Of a DNA stretch of 64,000 bases, positions 36,128 through 45,839 are shown one piece after another (the first letter of the stretch is position 1; every line of letters begins with the position of its first letter). The stretch spans positions 78,807-142,806 of the IMG/VR virus record IMGVR_UViG_3300028601_000022; one strand, 5' to 3'. This stretch comes from a virus (taxonomy: Duplodnaviria > Caudoviricetes). The position numbers were made by a program, and so were the translations under genes. A model generated the notes under the pieces. The model saw only the letters and a list, made by a program, of their open reading frames with translations, was not told the DNA's origin and made no database searches.

Positions 36128-37105
36128 ATGTCCTATAAGAATGTTCTTGATGCCGCATGGCAGAAAACTACCAAGATGGAACCCTTCAAAATGGACAGGG
36201 GCCGCCCTCCGAGGTTTCGTCTTTCTGGCAGCCCTTTCTGCCCCTACAAGTTTCTATACCAGTGGTATGACTATGTGACAACTGGTAGGGTAGACTTCTG
36301 GGACTATCCGGCGGACTTCTATACCGGCATCGGTACAGCTATTCACTCCACTCTTCAGAAGTGGGTTCCCCTTTGCAATCCTGGTCTATACCTCGGCAAC
36401 TGGCAATGCCCTGAATGCCGTAAGGTAATTCAGTCTGCGGTGGGCCCTAAGATGTGCCCTGACTGCAACCGCTGGATGCGCTATGAGGAATATGAATACT
36501 CGGACGGGTGGTACTTCTCGGCCCATTGGGACGGTGTTCTTATTACCGACACCAATCTCATAAAGACCCTTGGCATTACGCTCGATAATACGAAGCCGAT
36601 GGACAAGTACCTGCGTAAATGCAAGGTGCCGGTGAAGGCCATCGTTACAGAATACAAGTCGGCTGGATCTTTCAAGTCAAAGAGAATTGGTGGGCCTACT
36701 CCTGAAAACAAGGCACAGGCCCTCATGTATGCCCCATGCGCAACGCGCAAGCTTAAAGCCGAGGGGCTCAACATTGAGATAATAGGCTCCGTCGTAAAGT
36801 ACCTGTCAAGGGATAATCCCAACTCTGCCAGCAATGACTTCTTCCTTCCGGCTGACGGCGACGGCTTCTACTACCACAGCAAGAAGGTAGTGAAGTCTGT
36901 CGTTAAAGCTATAAAGGAAGGTAGCATTGACCCTATCGTGGACTTCGGTCTCCCCTGCAAGGGCAAGTACAAAGACCTGCATTCCAAGTGCGGTTACCGT
37001 GACTCTTGTGAGGGGTTGCGAAAGAGCATCAAGTCCATGTTCAAGGACGTGAAAAAGGATATCAAGAAGGACTTCTTGTTCCTGAAAAGCCTGAGGAGTG
37101 AGTAA
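36128..37105 (+). CDS. PD-(D/E)XK exonuclease, Cas4-like, with zinc ribbon
   Basis: R.S..P.C, GTAIH, CPEC...CPDC, HWDG, EYKS, Q...Y, C-terminal Cys. Confidence 0.78.
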   Translation: MSYKNVLDAAWQKTTKMEPFKMDRGRPPRFRLSGSPFCPYKFLYQWYDYVTTGRVDFWDYPADFYTGIGTAIHSTLQKWVPLCNPGLYLGNWQCPECRKVIQSAVGPKMCPDCNRWMRYEEYEYSDGWYFSAHWDGVLITDTNLIKTLGITLDNTKPMDKYLRKCKVPVKAIVTEYKSAGSFKSKRIGGPTPENKAQALMYAPCATRKLKAEGLNIEIIGSVVKYLSRDNPNSASNDFFLPADGDGFYYHSKKVVKSVVKAIKEGSIDPIVDFGLPCKGKYKDLHSKCGYRDSCEGLRKSIKSMFKDVKKDIKKDFLFLKSLRSE

Positions 37106-38514
37106 TGTTTACTCTCGTTCACGCTGGCAATACCTACGCAACACGCGGCGGCCTTGCCATATATGTAAAGTTGAAGAAGCGCGTAGGCGGATATTCGGAG
37201 TTGCAAACGCCGAACGGTACCTACGTTTCTTTGAAGGACAGGGAAATCTTTATTGCACGCCGCGGGTTTCGCGAGTACGGTATGCCCTTGTTCCTTGAGG
37301 GCTATGACTTTGCGGTAAACCTGGACATTGCAAACAATAAGTCCGCTGTTCACTCTCCAGGAATAATGTTCATCAACGAACAGAGCAACCTGGAATTTGA
37401 CAAGCGCATGTTCAACCCGCGCAAGATGTTTCTGGACTCTGGCGGATTCCTTCTGCTTGCAGGAACAAAGGACTTCCTCGATCCTGTCGAGCTTGCCCTT
37501 ACTTACAACAAGTACGCCAATCTTGGCATGGCACTGGATATACCTCTCGGGCGCGCAAGCGGGCAAACCCTTAACCGGGCAATCTTTCACGCGCATGTGC
37601 AGCGCCTTAATACGAATATTATCAAGAAGCACCTTGACGATTCCGTTACACTGTACAACATATCCCACGGTTCTACGCCTGAAATAAGAAAGGCATACAT
37701 GGATATTGTGCAGGACGATGACCTTGACCATTGGGCCTGCGCAGGTTCCATTGGCACTCCTTTTGACCGCATCTATAACGTCCTCAACACCATTGACTTT
37801 GCCGGGCGCAAAAAGGTAAAGAGTATTCACGTTCTCGGTGTTGCTTCGGCTATTTTCATTCCCGTTCTTGCCTGGCTTGGCCGCTATATAGACATTTCTT
37901 CAGACGCGTCCTCTGCAATGAAATTTGCAAGCAATTACTGCGTGAATGAGCTTCACGGTATCAAGTTGTCCCAGTCCTACATAGGGAACAATTTCAAGAC
38001 CGAGGGTAAGGTAAGGACAAAGAACTTTCACCCTAAGTTCATGTGCAGTTGTGGTGTATGCCAGGCCCTGGGTTCAACGGAACTGTACCAGAAAATTGGA
38101 ACTTACGGCGCGTCTTCTCCGCATACCGAAGTTCTGTGGATACATAACCAAAGTATCTATGATGAATACACCGCTAGCTGGAACGCACTCGCAAAAGCCT
38201 GTACGCCTTCTGAATACAAGGCAGAATACGCCCGCATCCTGGCTCGCAGCGACATGCGCAATACCAAAATCATTGACCTTATTGAAGACTGGACTGGAAC
38301 AAATGCAAAGCATGCGTGTTCCAAGTACAAGACCTACATGCTTAACATGCTAGGCAGTCAGGTACTTCGTACCGGCGATCCTAAGAAGTTCAACCTCATT
38401 GAACCCGACGTTGTGGAGCCAGCCAGGCTGAAAGTTCTGGATGCGGCAGCCCATCGCTACCTTGAATTTCATGGGAAGAAACTGGCAAAATACGCAAAGT
38501 ACCTGAAAGGATAA
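37105..38514 (+). CDS. tRNA-guanine transglycosylase-like protein (DpdA-like)
   Basis: FLDSGGF, MALDIP, SHG, HVLG, SSDASS, CSCGVC...HN zinc site; embedded among DNA replication genes. Confidence 0.78.
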   Translation: MFTLVHAGNTYATRGGLAIYVKLKKRVGGYSELQTPNGTYVSLKDREIFIARRGFREYGMPLFLEGYDFAVNLDIANNKSAVHSPGIMFINEQSNLEFDKRMFNPRKMFLDSGGFLLLAGTKDFLDPVELALTYNKYANLGMALDIPLGRASGQTLNRAIFHAHVQRLNTNIIKKHLDDSVTLYNISHGSTPEIRKAYMDIVQDDDLDHWACAGSIGTPFDRIYNVLNTIDFAGRKKVKSIHVLGVASAIFIPVLAWLGRYIDISSDASSAMKFASNYCVNELHGIKLSQSYIGNNFKTEGKVRTKNFHPKFMCSCGVCQALGSTELYQKIGTYGASSPHTEVLWIHNQSIYDEYTASWNALAKACTPSEYKAEYARILARSDMRNTKIIDLIEDWTGTNAKHACSKYKTYMLNMLGSQVLRTGDPKKFNLIEPDVVEPARLKVLDAAAHRYLEFHGKKLAKYAKYLKG

Positions 38515-38518
38515 TGCT

Positions 38519-39430
38519 ATGTCATCAGGCTGGCCTAAAGTAAGGGGATTCGTTGGCTTGCATGCTAAGTCCTATACCTGGATGGTAGCTTTTGACGTGT
38601 GGGCCAGAAACTTCCTGTGCTGCATCTATAATAGCCCAGGTCTGAATAGGTACTATACGAACTCCCTTCGGAGATACCATACATACCAGGACAGACACAA
38701 AGAAACCACTAACTACTTGAACTTCCTGGTTACTTCCGATGCGACCAGGATAAATTGCATGTATCTGACAAAGTCCTTTTCTCGAAAGACTTTCGTGGAG
38801 ATGCTAAGTTATCTTGACTCCCTTCTGAAGTCCAAGAAAGAGGAAGATAAGCACGAACTGTACCGAAGCTGGCCTGTATCAGACCTTCTACGGATGCAGG
38901 TTCATGAAACCCAGGAAAAGGTAGTGGAGTTTCTTGGCCTTCTGTATCACTACCTGAAAAGCTTGGTAATCAAGTTGCTTCTTACCAATCGGTCTAAGGA
39001 GAGGGCATACGATGCGGACAAACTTCGCTCCGAAGCTTTCAATGTTCTCCTCTCAATGCTGGAGAAGTACCAACTGCATCATTCAGGTTTCAAGGTACCC
39101 TTCACCTCCCAGCTTATGTGGCTTGCAAAGCCAAAGAAGAAGGAAATAGTCGAATATGAAATGTGGGGATTCGGTGAGGAAGCAAAGATTCTATCGCTTG
39201 ACCTCACCACGCTAGATGGCGAGGATTACTCAACTACGGAAAACAGGGTTATCCATCTTGAGGCCATCGACAAGATACAGCAGGCTTCTGACTCTGACGC
39301 TGAAGCCGAATCTGACATAGCCAAAGTAGAGGATGCCCTTAGTTATATACCAACCCAACTTCGTGACTTTTTACTTGCCGTTACAGGACTGACAACCTAT
39401 CAGGGTGATCCTGAACAGTATCAGGACTAG
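38519..39430 (+). CDS. putative phage sigma-factor-like protein
   Basis: SEAFNVLL..LEKY...PFTS.L.W and LSLD resemble sigma70 regions 2-3. Confidence 0.4.
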   Translation: MSSGWPKVRGFVGLHAKSYTWMVAFDVWARNFLCCIYNSPGLNRYYTNSLRRYHTYQDRHKETTNYLNFLVTSDATRINCMYLTKSFSRKTFVEMLSYLDSLLKSKKEEDKHELYRSWPVSDLLRMQVHETQEKVVEFLGLLYHYLKSLVIKLLLTNRSKERAYDADKLRSEAFNVLLSMLEKYQLHHSGFKVPFTSQLMWLAKPKKKEIVEYEMWGFGEEAKILSLDLTTLDGEDYSTTENRVIHLEAIDKIQQASDSDAEAESDIAKVEDALSYIPTQLRDFLLAVTGLTTYQGDPEQYQD

Positions 39431-39447
39431 GCAACTCGGGGGATGAA

Positions 39448-39918
39448 ATGAGTTATGTAACCAATATTTTTGAGGGTGTGGAAACGATGATGGTTTCTCA
39501 ACCTCTGCGGGGAAAGACCGAAGATGAAATCACGGCAGACCGAAACAGGGCTATCAATTTCAGCATCCTGTACGGTTTCAACTTCATCAATACCAGGAAT
39601 ACAGACGACTGGTATGACCCCGAAGCGATGAAGGGGCGCGGCGTGGCCAACGTACCGCTGTGCTTCTTCGCCAAGTCTATTGAATCCATGAGCAAGTGCC
39701 AACTTGCATACTTCGCTTACGGCTGGGAATTTGCCCGCGGCTGTCGCCTTGAACACGCCGTTGCTGAATCCTACGGTCTGGTTATCGTTGAAGAAAAGGG
39801 CCCCAACGGTTCTCCGCTTCACGTTTCTCGCCAGGGCCCAGACGATGCAAGACGTGGCCGCCAGTGGTTTGAAATTTCCGAAGAATACCTCCGCAGTCTT
39901 GATGCCAAGAAAGCATAG
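39448..39918 (+). CDS. DUF4406/NDT-like protein
   Basis: SQPLRGK, KSIE.MS.C...YF..GWE.ARGCRLEH.VA..YG. Confidence 0.75.
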   Translation: MSYVTNIFEGVETMMVSQPLRGKTEDEITADRNRAINFSILYGFNFINTRNTDDWYDPEAMKGRGVANVPLCFFAKSIESMSKCQLAYFAYGWEFARGCRLEHAVAESYGLVIVEEKGPNGSPLHVSRQGPDDARRGRQWFEISEEYLRSLDAKKA

Positions 39919-40002
39919 CCTCGTTTAAGGCAGAAAGATACAGCGCACACAATGTCACCCAGCTAGGGCATACGCTCTAATAAATTCCTTTAGGAGGAAG
40001 AC

Positions 40003-41541
40003 ATGGCTAAGGAAAAGGTTCGTAAATCACGGGGTTTTGACCTCGAGGACGTTCCCCCGATTACTGAGGGTCGCCGCTTTGATTCTGAAATTGAAACTTT
40101 TGGTTTCTCCGAAAGTTCACACGCGCAAATACGCCTTATTGGCAAGGTCTTTCAGGTCAAAATACACTGGGTGCCCACAATCAAGAAGGACGGCTCACGT
40201 TCGCAGTTCCCGAAGCTGTGTTTGCACAACGACGACGGCAACGAAGAATGCCCTTATTGCAAAATGGGCTTGAGCACCAATACGCGCTACATGCAGAACG
40301 CCATCATTCGCGACCTCGAAGAAGCGCGGCCCAAGAAGGCCAAGTACAGCAAGAAGGCCGAGTTCAAGAAGCCCGGCGACGACAATTGGACTCCGGTGCG
40401 CGTTGTTTCGTTCCCGGCCTCGGTCATGCAGAAAATCCTCAACTTCAAATCGCTGTCCAAGGTCAAGACCAAGGACGGCATCAAGACGTTCCACGTGTCC
40501 GATGAAAAGTACGGGCGCGACCTTAACGTGAAGCTTGACCCCAACGGGTCTGGCTCCGGCATGTATGATGTGCAGCGCGAAGCAATCTCGCGGCTGGAGG
40601 GCGAAGAACTCGAATACCTGATGTATGACATAGACTCTATCTATGACTGCGTGGAATCCGAGGAAGAAGCCCTTGCCATCATCCGCTCTTGCTACGACCG
40701 CGGCACGCTTGAAGGCGCCAAGTCCAAAGACGGCAAGGCCCTTGTCAATATGCAGGCCGTCCAGGACCTCCTCGGCATCAAAAGCAAGAAAAAACGCCGT
40801 GACGAGGATGAGGATGAGGATGACGAGGACGATGATGTTCCTCGCTCCTCGAAGAAATCCAAGTCCAAGAAATCCTCGAAGAAACGCCGCTACGAGGATG
40901 AGGACGAGGACGACGACCTCGAAGACGATGACCTCGAGGATGACGAGGATGAGGACGAGGAAGAAGACGAAGCCCCGCGCGGCAAGAAGGGCAAGAAGTC
41001 CAAGTCCAAGTCCAAGAAATCCTCGAAAAAACGCCGTGACGGGGATGAGGATGACGAGGACGAGGACGATGATGAAGACAGACGTTCTTCCAAGAAGTCC
41101 AAGAAATCCTCAAAAAAGCGGCGTGACGAAGACGAGGATGAGGACGAGGACGACGACCTCGAAGAGGATGAGGATGATGAAGACGAGGACGAAGCTCCTC
41201 GTGGCAAGAAGTCATCCAAGTCCAAGAAATCCTCGAAAAAACGCCGTGACGAGGACGATGACCTCGAGGATGACGAGGATGACGACCTCGAAGACGATGA
41301 CCTCGAGGATGAGGACGACGACGAGGAGGATGAGGACGAGGAAGACGAGCGTACTTCCAAGAAGTCCAAGAAGTCATCCAAGTCCAAGAAATCCTCGAAG
41401 AAACGCCGTGACGAGGATGAGGATGACGAGGACGAGGACGATGATGACCTCGACCTGGATGATGAAGACGAAGACGACGAGGACGAGGATGAACGTCCTT
41501 CCAAGAAGTCCAAGTCTAAGAAGTCCTCGAAGAAACGCTAA
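40003..41541 (+). CDS. single-stranded DNA-binding protein (gp32-like) with long acidic/basic repeat tail
   Basis: IRLIG, HWV, CL...CPYC, RY..NAI.RD, D...GRD; directly upstream of recA. Confidence 0.75.
   Translation: MAKEKVRKSRGFDLEDVPPITEGRRFDSEIETFGFSESSHAQIRLIGKVFQVKIHWVPTIKKDGSRSQFPKLCLHNDDGNEECPYCKMGLSTNTRYMQNAIIRDLEEARPKKAKYSKKAEFKKPGDDNWTPVRVVSFPASVMQKILNFKSLSKVKTKDGIKTFHVSDEKYGRDLNVKLDPNGSGSGMYDVQREAISRLEGEELEYLMYDIDSIYDCVESEEEALAIIRSCYDRGTLEGAKSKDGKALVNMQAVQDLLGIKSKKKRRDEDEDEDDEDDDVPRSSKKSKSKKSSKKRRYEDEDEDDDLEDDDLEDDEDEDEEEDEAPRGKKGKKSKSKSKKSSKKRRDGDEDDEDEDDDEDRRSSKKSKKSSKKRRDEDEDEDEDDDLEEDEDDEDEDEAPRGKKSSKSKKSSKKRRDEDDDLEDDEDDDLEDDDLEDEDDDEEDEDEEDERTSKKSKKSSKSKKSSKKRRDEDEDDEDEDDDDLDLDDEDEDDEDEDERPSKKSKSKKSSKKR
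40780..41538 (+). repeat. coding low-complexity tandem repeat (SKKSSKKRR / DEDED blocks)
   Basis: AAGAAATCCTCGAA(G/A)AAACGCCG units alternate with GA(C/T)GAG runs. Confidence 0.9.
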
Positions 41542-41567
41542 CGCGGCGCCTGCTGCCTAGATACATC

Positions 41568-41600
41568 GGAGTGCCTTAGTGCCCAGCATTGAGGCACTCC
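41568..41600 (+). terminator. hairpin after SSB (terminator or processing site)
   Basis: GGAGTGCCTTAGTGC...GCATTGAGGCACTCC; weak U-tract. Confidence 0.55.
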
Positions 41601-41625
41601 TCATCCTATACATACGAGGTAAGGG

Positions 41626-43077
41626 ATGGCAAAGAAAGCAACAAAGAAAAAGGCTCGCGAAGCTGCTGAAATGGACTTTGACTTTTCAGATGCTTTCGAC
41701 AATGCAGAGCGGGCATCGAAGCTTACAGCCGTTGAGGTGTCGGAAAAAGTAGACCTTAATACGGTCATCCACTCCGGCTCCCTCGTTATGGACCTGGTTA
41801 TGTACGGTGGCGGCCTGCAGGCTGGTCGTGTGTATGACCTTCACGGCCCTGAGTCCGGTGGTAAGACCACTCTTGGCAATATCATTCTCTGCCAGGCAAT
41901 CAAATCCATACCGGGCCCTGCTAACAGAACGCGCGGCTACTACATTGACGCCGAAGGAACTCTTGACCGGATATGGTTCCGAAACATTGCACGTTCCTAC
42001 GGCATCAAACTTTCTCTCCGCGAAATATTCGGCGAGAAGGACAAGGACGGCAACTGGATTACAAAGCCTGTTATACGTCTCCTTAAGCCCACGGTTGGCG
42101 ATACGGCCCTGAAGACTGAAATTCGCGTTATGAACTCCATGCCTGACAAGGTATTCATGCGCGATATCTGGATGTATTCATGGACTCCAGTCGAAGCCAA
42201 GACTGCCAAGAAGACTGGCGGTGCTACGGACAAGCAACTCCGTGCAATGCTTACTGAGCGCGGCATTAAGTGGGATAAGGACCTCCTTTCTAAGACAGGT
42301 TCTTACATGGTACCTGTTCCTGACAACTACGGTGGCCCTGAGCTTATCATATTTACAGACTCCATGATTGCCCTTACGCCGCGCCAGACGGCCGAGGATG
42401 ACTCTTCTGCAATGGCGCAGCATGGCCGCATGTTCTCCAAATACATCAACAACATCAAGAGCCTGGCGGCTGCAAAAGGGGTGACGCTGGTAAACGTCAA
42501 CCAGTTGCGCAAGAATCCTGGTCAGATGTTTGGCGACCCCACTTACTCGCCGGGCGGCGAAGCAATCAAGTATGTTGCAGACTGCCGCAATATCGTTAGC
42601 CCCTGTGCAAACCCTGCAGGTGGCGGGCAGTATGAAGAGGACGGAAACAACAAGTATCGTTGGACGTCCTTCACCAACAAAAAGAACAAGCTCTCCACTC
42701 CCGGAACCAAGATTAAATTCCGCTGGTGGACCGAGCGCGACGGCAAGACTGGTTGCGGTCTCGACCCTGTGCATGACACCCTCGAGTACCTTGAACTTAC
42801 AGGGCAGCTTGTTACTAAGGGCCGCAAGGGATTCTATATAGTCCTGGCCAACCAGTGCAAGGCCAAAGCGGTTCTGGACAAGCTCATGCTTACTGTGGAC
42901 TCCTTCAAAGACCTGGCTGTCGACGGTAGGACACTCATCGGTGAAGACACCCTCAAGTGCAATATTCGCCGCATATGCCGCGACCAGATAAAGTCCGGCC
43001 TCGCCTTCACTCTTTACACCGATTTCAAGAACAAGAAGTCCAAGGATGGGGTGCTTGAGGAGGACGAGGACGATTAA
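41626..43077 (+). CDS. recA: RecA/UvsX recombinase with insertion
   Basis: SGS..MD, GPESGGKTT, IDAEG, DS, VNQLR, FGDP...PGGEAIKY. Confidence 0.9.
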   Translation: MAKKATKKKAREAAEMDFDFSDAFDNAERASKLTAVEVSEKVDLNTVIHSGSLVMDLVMYGGGLQAGRVYDLHGPESGGKTTLGNIILCQAIKSIPGPANRTRGYYIDAEGTLDRIWFRNIARSYGIKLSLREIFGEKDKDGNWITKPVIRLLKPTVGDTALKTEIRVMNSMPDKVFMRDIWMYSWTPVEAKTAKKTGGATDKQLRAMLTERGIKWDKDLLSKTGSYMVPVPDNYGGPELIIFTDSMIALTPRQTAEDDSSAMAQHGRMFSKYINNIKSLAAAKGVTLVNVNQLRKNPGQMFGDPTYSPGGEAIKYVADCRNIVSPCANPAGGGQYEEDGNNKYRWTSFTNKKNKLSTPGTKIKFRWWTERDGKTGCGLDPVHDTLEYLELTGQLVTKGRKGFYIVLANQCKAKAVLDKLMLTVDSFKDLAVDGRTLIGEDTLKCNIRRICRDQIKSGLAFTLYTDFKNKKSKDGVLEEDEDD

Positions 43078-43105
43078 GTCTTGCATAAAGACTTGGAGGA
43101 CTAGC

Positions 43106-44992
43106 ATGAAGCTATCGGAAGTACGCCAGGCTATAAAGGACGGCAAGAATGCAGACCCAGCAACATTGGTACGCATCCTGAAAATAGCCAAGAATGTCTA
43201 CTACAACGACGGGGAGGGTCTTCCTCCCCGTGTGATAACTTGGTTTGAAACCAATGTAACAGACAGGGTGTTTGACGACCTGGAGAACACGCTGAAAGCA
43301 ATTCAGCCAAATTCCAGTTATTTCTCGCCTAAGAACATCGGGGCCCCTATCAAGAACGCAAAAGCGCGAAAGGTGGAGTTGCCTGTCCCCATGGCCTCTT
43401 TGGATAAGCCTAAGCCTGGCTCAAAGGCTTTTGCCAAGTTTATCCTTAAGGGCCCGTTTGTGCTGTCTGCCAAAGTTGACGGTGTGTCCTTGCTTATTCT
43501 TACGAAAAGCAAGAAGCTGTATACCAGGGGCAACGGAACAGTGGGCCAGGACATATCCCATATGTGGGATGCGCTGCGTCTTCCGAAGAACCCTAAGGGA
43601 AACTACATTATCCGTGCGGAAATGATTATCTCGAAGGCTGCCTTTGAAAGTAATTTCAGCGGCAAGAAGAACGCCCGTAACACAATGTCTGGCTTGGTCA
43701 ACAGCGGCTCCCTTGCAAAGGAGCTAAAGCACGTTGACGTTCTAGGCTATGCAGTGATAGGGAAGAAGCCTTCCGTGGCTTTTCCCCTCATTGAAAAACT
43801 GGGGTTCAAAACACCCTTCTGGAAAGTAGTGAACTCCCTTACGCTGGAAAAGGCCAATAAGTATCTGGTAAAGGTGAAAGCCGGAAGCCATGAGGCTGAC
43901 GGCCTTGTTGTAGCAAAGGACGTGGTTGAACAGCCGTCTGAAAACAACCCCGTCAATACCATTGCATTCAAGAACAACGAGCTTGCAGAGGCCAAAGAAT
44001 TTACCGTAAAGGAAGTTCTGTGGACTCCCAGTAAGCACGGCCTTTTGAAACCGGTGCTGCTTTTAAAACCGCAGGTTCTGGACGGGGTTACCATTGGTCG
44101 AAGCACTGCGTTCAACGGGAGGTTTGTTTACAACAACAAACTTGGACCTGGTGCTAAGGTTGAGTTGGTAAGGTCTGGCGGTGTCATACCTGATGTGCAG
44201 CGCGTGACCAAGCCAGCATCTGCCCCTCAGATGCCAGACGAGTATGAATGGTCTGGTGCTGACATTCGGCTGGTGGATGCAGCCAGTAACGACACGGTTT
44301 CCATAAAGAAGATTGCCTACTTCTTTAAGTACCTCGGTGCTGAAGGAGTTTCAGGGAAATTTTTTAAAAAACTGTATGATGCTGGCTATACCACACTGCA
44401 GGACATTCTCTCTATAAGGAAGAAGGACTTGCTGGAACTTCCTGGCGTTAAGGACAAGACGGCAAGCTTGGTGTACCTGCAAATTCAGAAGACCAAGGAA
44501 GCCACCCTTGCAGACTATATGACTGCTAGCGGGTGCTTCCCCTCAACGGTTGCATCCACCCGCATCAACAAAATTCTTGATACGCACCCGGATATACTGC
44601 GCTATTCGGCTGCTGAAATGAAGCGCCTAGTTTCTGCCCTGCCTGGGTTCTCTACCATAACCACAAAAGGCTTTGTAAGCGGTGCTACCCTGTTTAAGGA
44701 TTGGGCAAAGAAACTCAAAGGGCTTATTCATATCAAGGAAAAGGTAAGAGCCAAGGCAAAGAGCACCAAGCTTAAGGCTATCCGTGCTGTACCTACAGGT
44801 TTTCGCTTTGACGCTAGCCTCGTAAAATACCTCGAGGAAAACGGTGGGTCAGTACAAGGGAACATAAGCAAAGAAACTACCCATGTGGTAACAAAAGACT
44901 TGGGCAGTTCATCAGGAAAGATACGGAAGGCCAAGTCCCTTGGCCTGAAGGTTATGTCGTTGGATGCGTTTAAAAAAGCAATAGGTTTATAA
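43106..44992 (+). CDS. ligA: NAD-dependent DNA ligase
   Basis: YY, PMASLDK, KVDG, TRGNG..GQD, DGLVV, AFK, RSGGVIP, HhH, C-terminal BRCT. Confidence 0.93.
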   Translation: MKLSEVRQAIKDGKNADPATLVRILKIAKNVYYNDGEGLPPRVITWFETNVTDRVFDDLENTLKAIQPNSSYFSPKNIGAPIKNAKARKVELPVPMASLDKPKPGSKAFAKFILKGPFVLSAKVDGVSLLILTKSKKLYTRGNGTVGQDISHMWDALRLPKNPKGNYIIRAEMIISKAAFESNFSGKKNARNTMSGLVNSGSLAKELKHVDVLGYAVIGKKPSVAFPLIEKLGFKTPFWKVVNSLTLEKANKYLVKVKAGSHEADGLVVAKDVVEQPSENNPVNTIAFKNNELAEAKEFTVKEVLWTPSKHGLLKPVLLLKPQVLDGVTIGRSTAFNGRFVYNNKLGPGAKVELVRSGGVIPDVQRVTKPASAPQMPDEYEWSGADIRLVDAASNDTVSIKKIAYFFKYLGAEGVSGKFFKKLYDAGYTTLQDILSIRKKDLLELPGVKDKTASLVYLQIQKTKEATLADYMTASGCFPSTVASTRINKILDTHPDILRYSAAEMKRLVSALPGFSTITTKGFVSGATLFKDWAKKLKGLIHIKEKVRAKAKSTKLKAIRAVPTGFRFDASLVKYLEENGGSVQGNISKETTHVVTKDLGSSSGKIRKAKSLGLKVMSLDAFKKAIGL

Positions 44993-45018
44993 CATCAACT
45001 CCTTAGGAGGAGCTACCC

Positions 45019-45606
45019 ATGGCGTCTGCAATGTCTATCACCGATATTTCCAAACAGGCCAAGCATGTTTATGTCATCAACCTTACCAAGTCCGACCTGT
45101 CCATTACCGTGAAGGATGAGGACGGCGTTAGCCGCCTGCTGCGTTTCTTGCGTGCCAGCATTCCCCAGGACGCCGCTGAGGTACTCTCCGCGGCTATGCT
45201 CAAGAAGAATGCCCACTTCAAGCGTTCCATCGCGTCCGGCTATCTGCGCCTGGTTTCTGAAGAAGAAGCGGAAGCAATGCTTGCGCGCCCGGAAGCCAAA
45301 ATCGAGCTGGCCGCTATCCGCAAAAAACTCTCGCGCATTCCTGCGGAACTGCTGGTTGAAGGGTCGGAACTGTCGCCACTGGAAGCGGTATCCGGCGGCG
45401 CTACTTCGGCCGCTATCCGCGAGGAACTCAAGGACATTGCGGTGAGCGAAGATGAATCTGCCGACGACAAGTTCGCCAGGCTCATTACGCTCAACACCGA
45501 AGAAGCCTTGTCCAACGAGGAAATCAGCTGGCTTCTTTCGCGCCTCCCCACCAGCGGCAACGAATACAAGGAAATCATTGACTGGCTCCGCGACAAAATC
45601 TCCTAG
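45019..45606 (+). CDS. hypothetical protein, probably highly expressed
   Basis: AGGAGGAG RBS, GC3-rich codons. Confidence 0.75.
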   Translation: MASAMSITDISKQAKHVYVINLTKSDLSITVKDEDGVSRLLRFLRASIPQDAAEVLSAAMLKKNAHFKRSIASGYLRLVSEEEAEAMLARPEAKIELAAIRKKLSRIPAELLVEGSELSPLEAVSGGATSAAIREELKDIAVSEDESADDKFARLITLNTEEALSNEEISWLLSRLPTSGNEYKEIIDWLRDKIS

Positions 45607-45632
45607 TAGTCCGCTCACTCGGAAAGTGCGGA

Positions 45633-45733
45633 AATAGAGGCTCCTATGAGTACCCTGTGGTGTATCCTGGGGTGTCATAGGAGCCTCTTTTTGGGCTATT
45701 TTCAGCAATGCGTGTCAATATACGTCTTTTCTA
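45633..45733 (+). repeat. dispersed intergenic hairpin element, copy B
   Basis: stem AGAGGCTCCTATGA/TCATAGGAGCCTCT, U-tract, conserved tail. Confidence 0.85.
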
Positions 45734-45839
45734 GGTTGTTCATATAATTTCAATAGGTTATGTATTAAGCTGCCCTATAACCCTAAAATCCGTGTTTTCG
45801 TTCAATATTGAAATATAGGATACTAGCAGGAGAATTACT

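Noticed and set aside
36128-37105. Cas4-like nuclease as evidence of CRISPR-Cas
   Set aside because: No repeat-spacer array or other cas genes were seen; solo Cas4-like exonucleases are common in phage replication modules.
40643-41560. Long alternative-frame ORFs (poly-Ser on minus; Thr/Arg/Met-rich on plus) over the SSB tail
   Set aside because: Shadow frames of the GAY/GAR/AAG repeat; not a second Ser-rich substrate.
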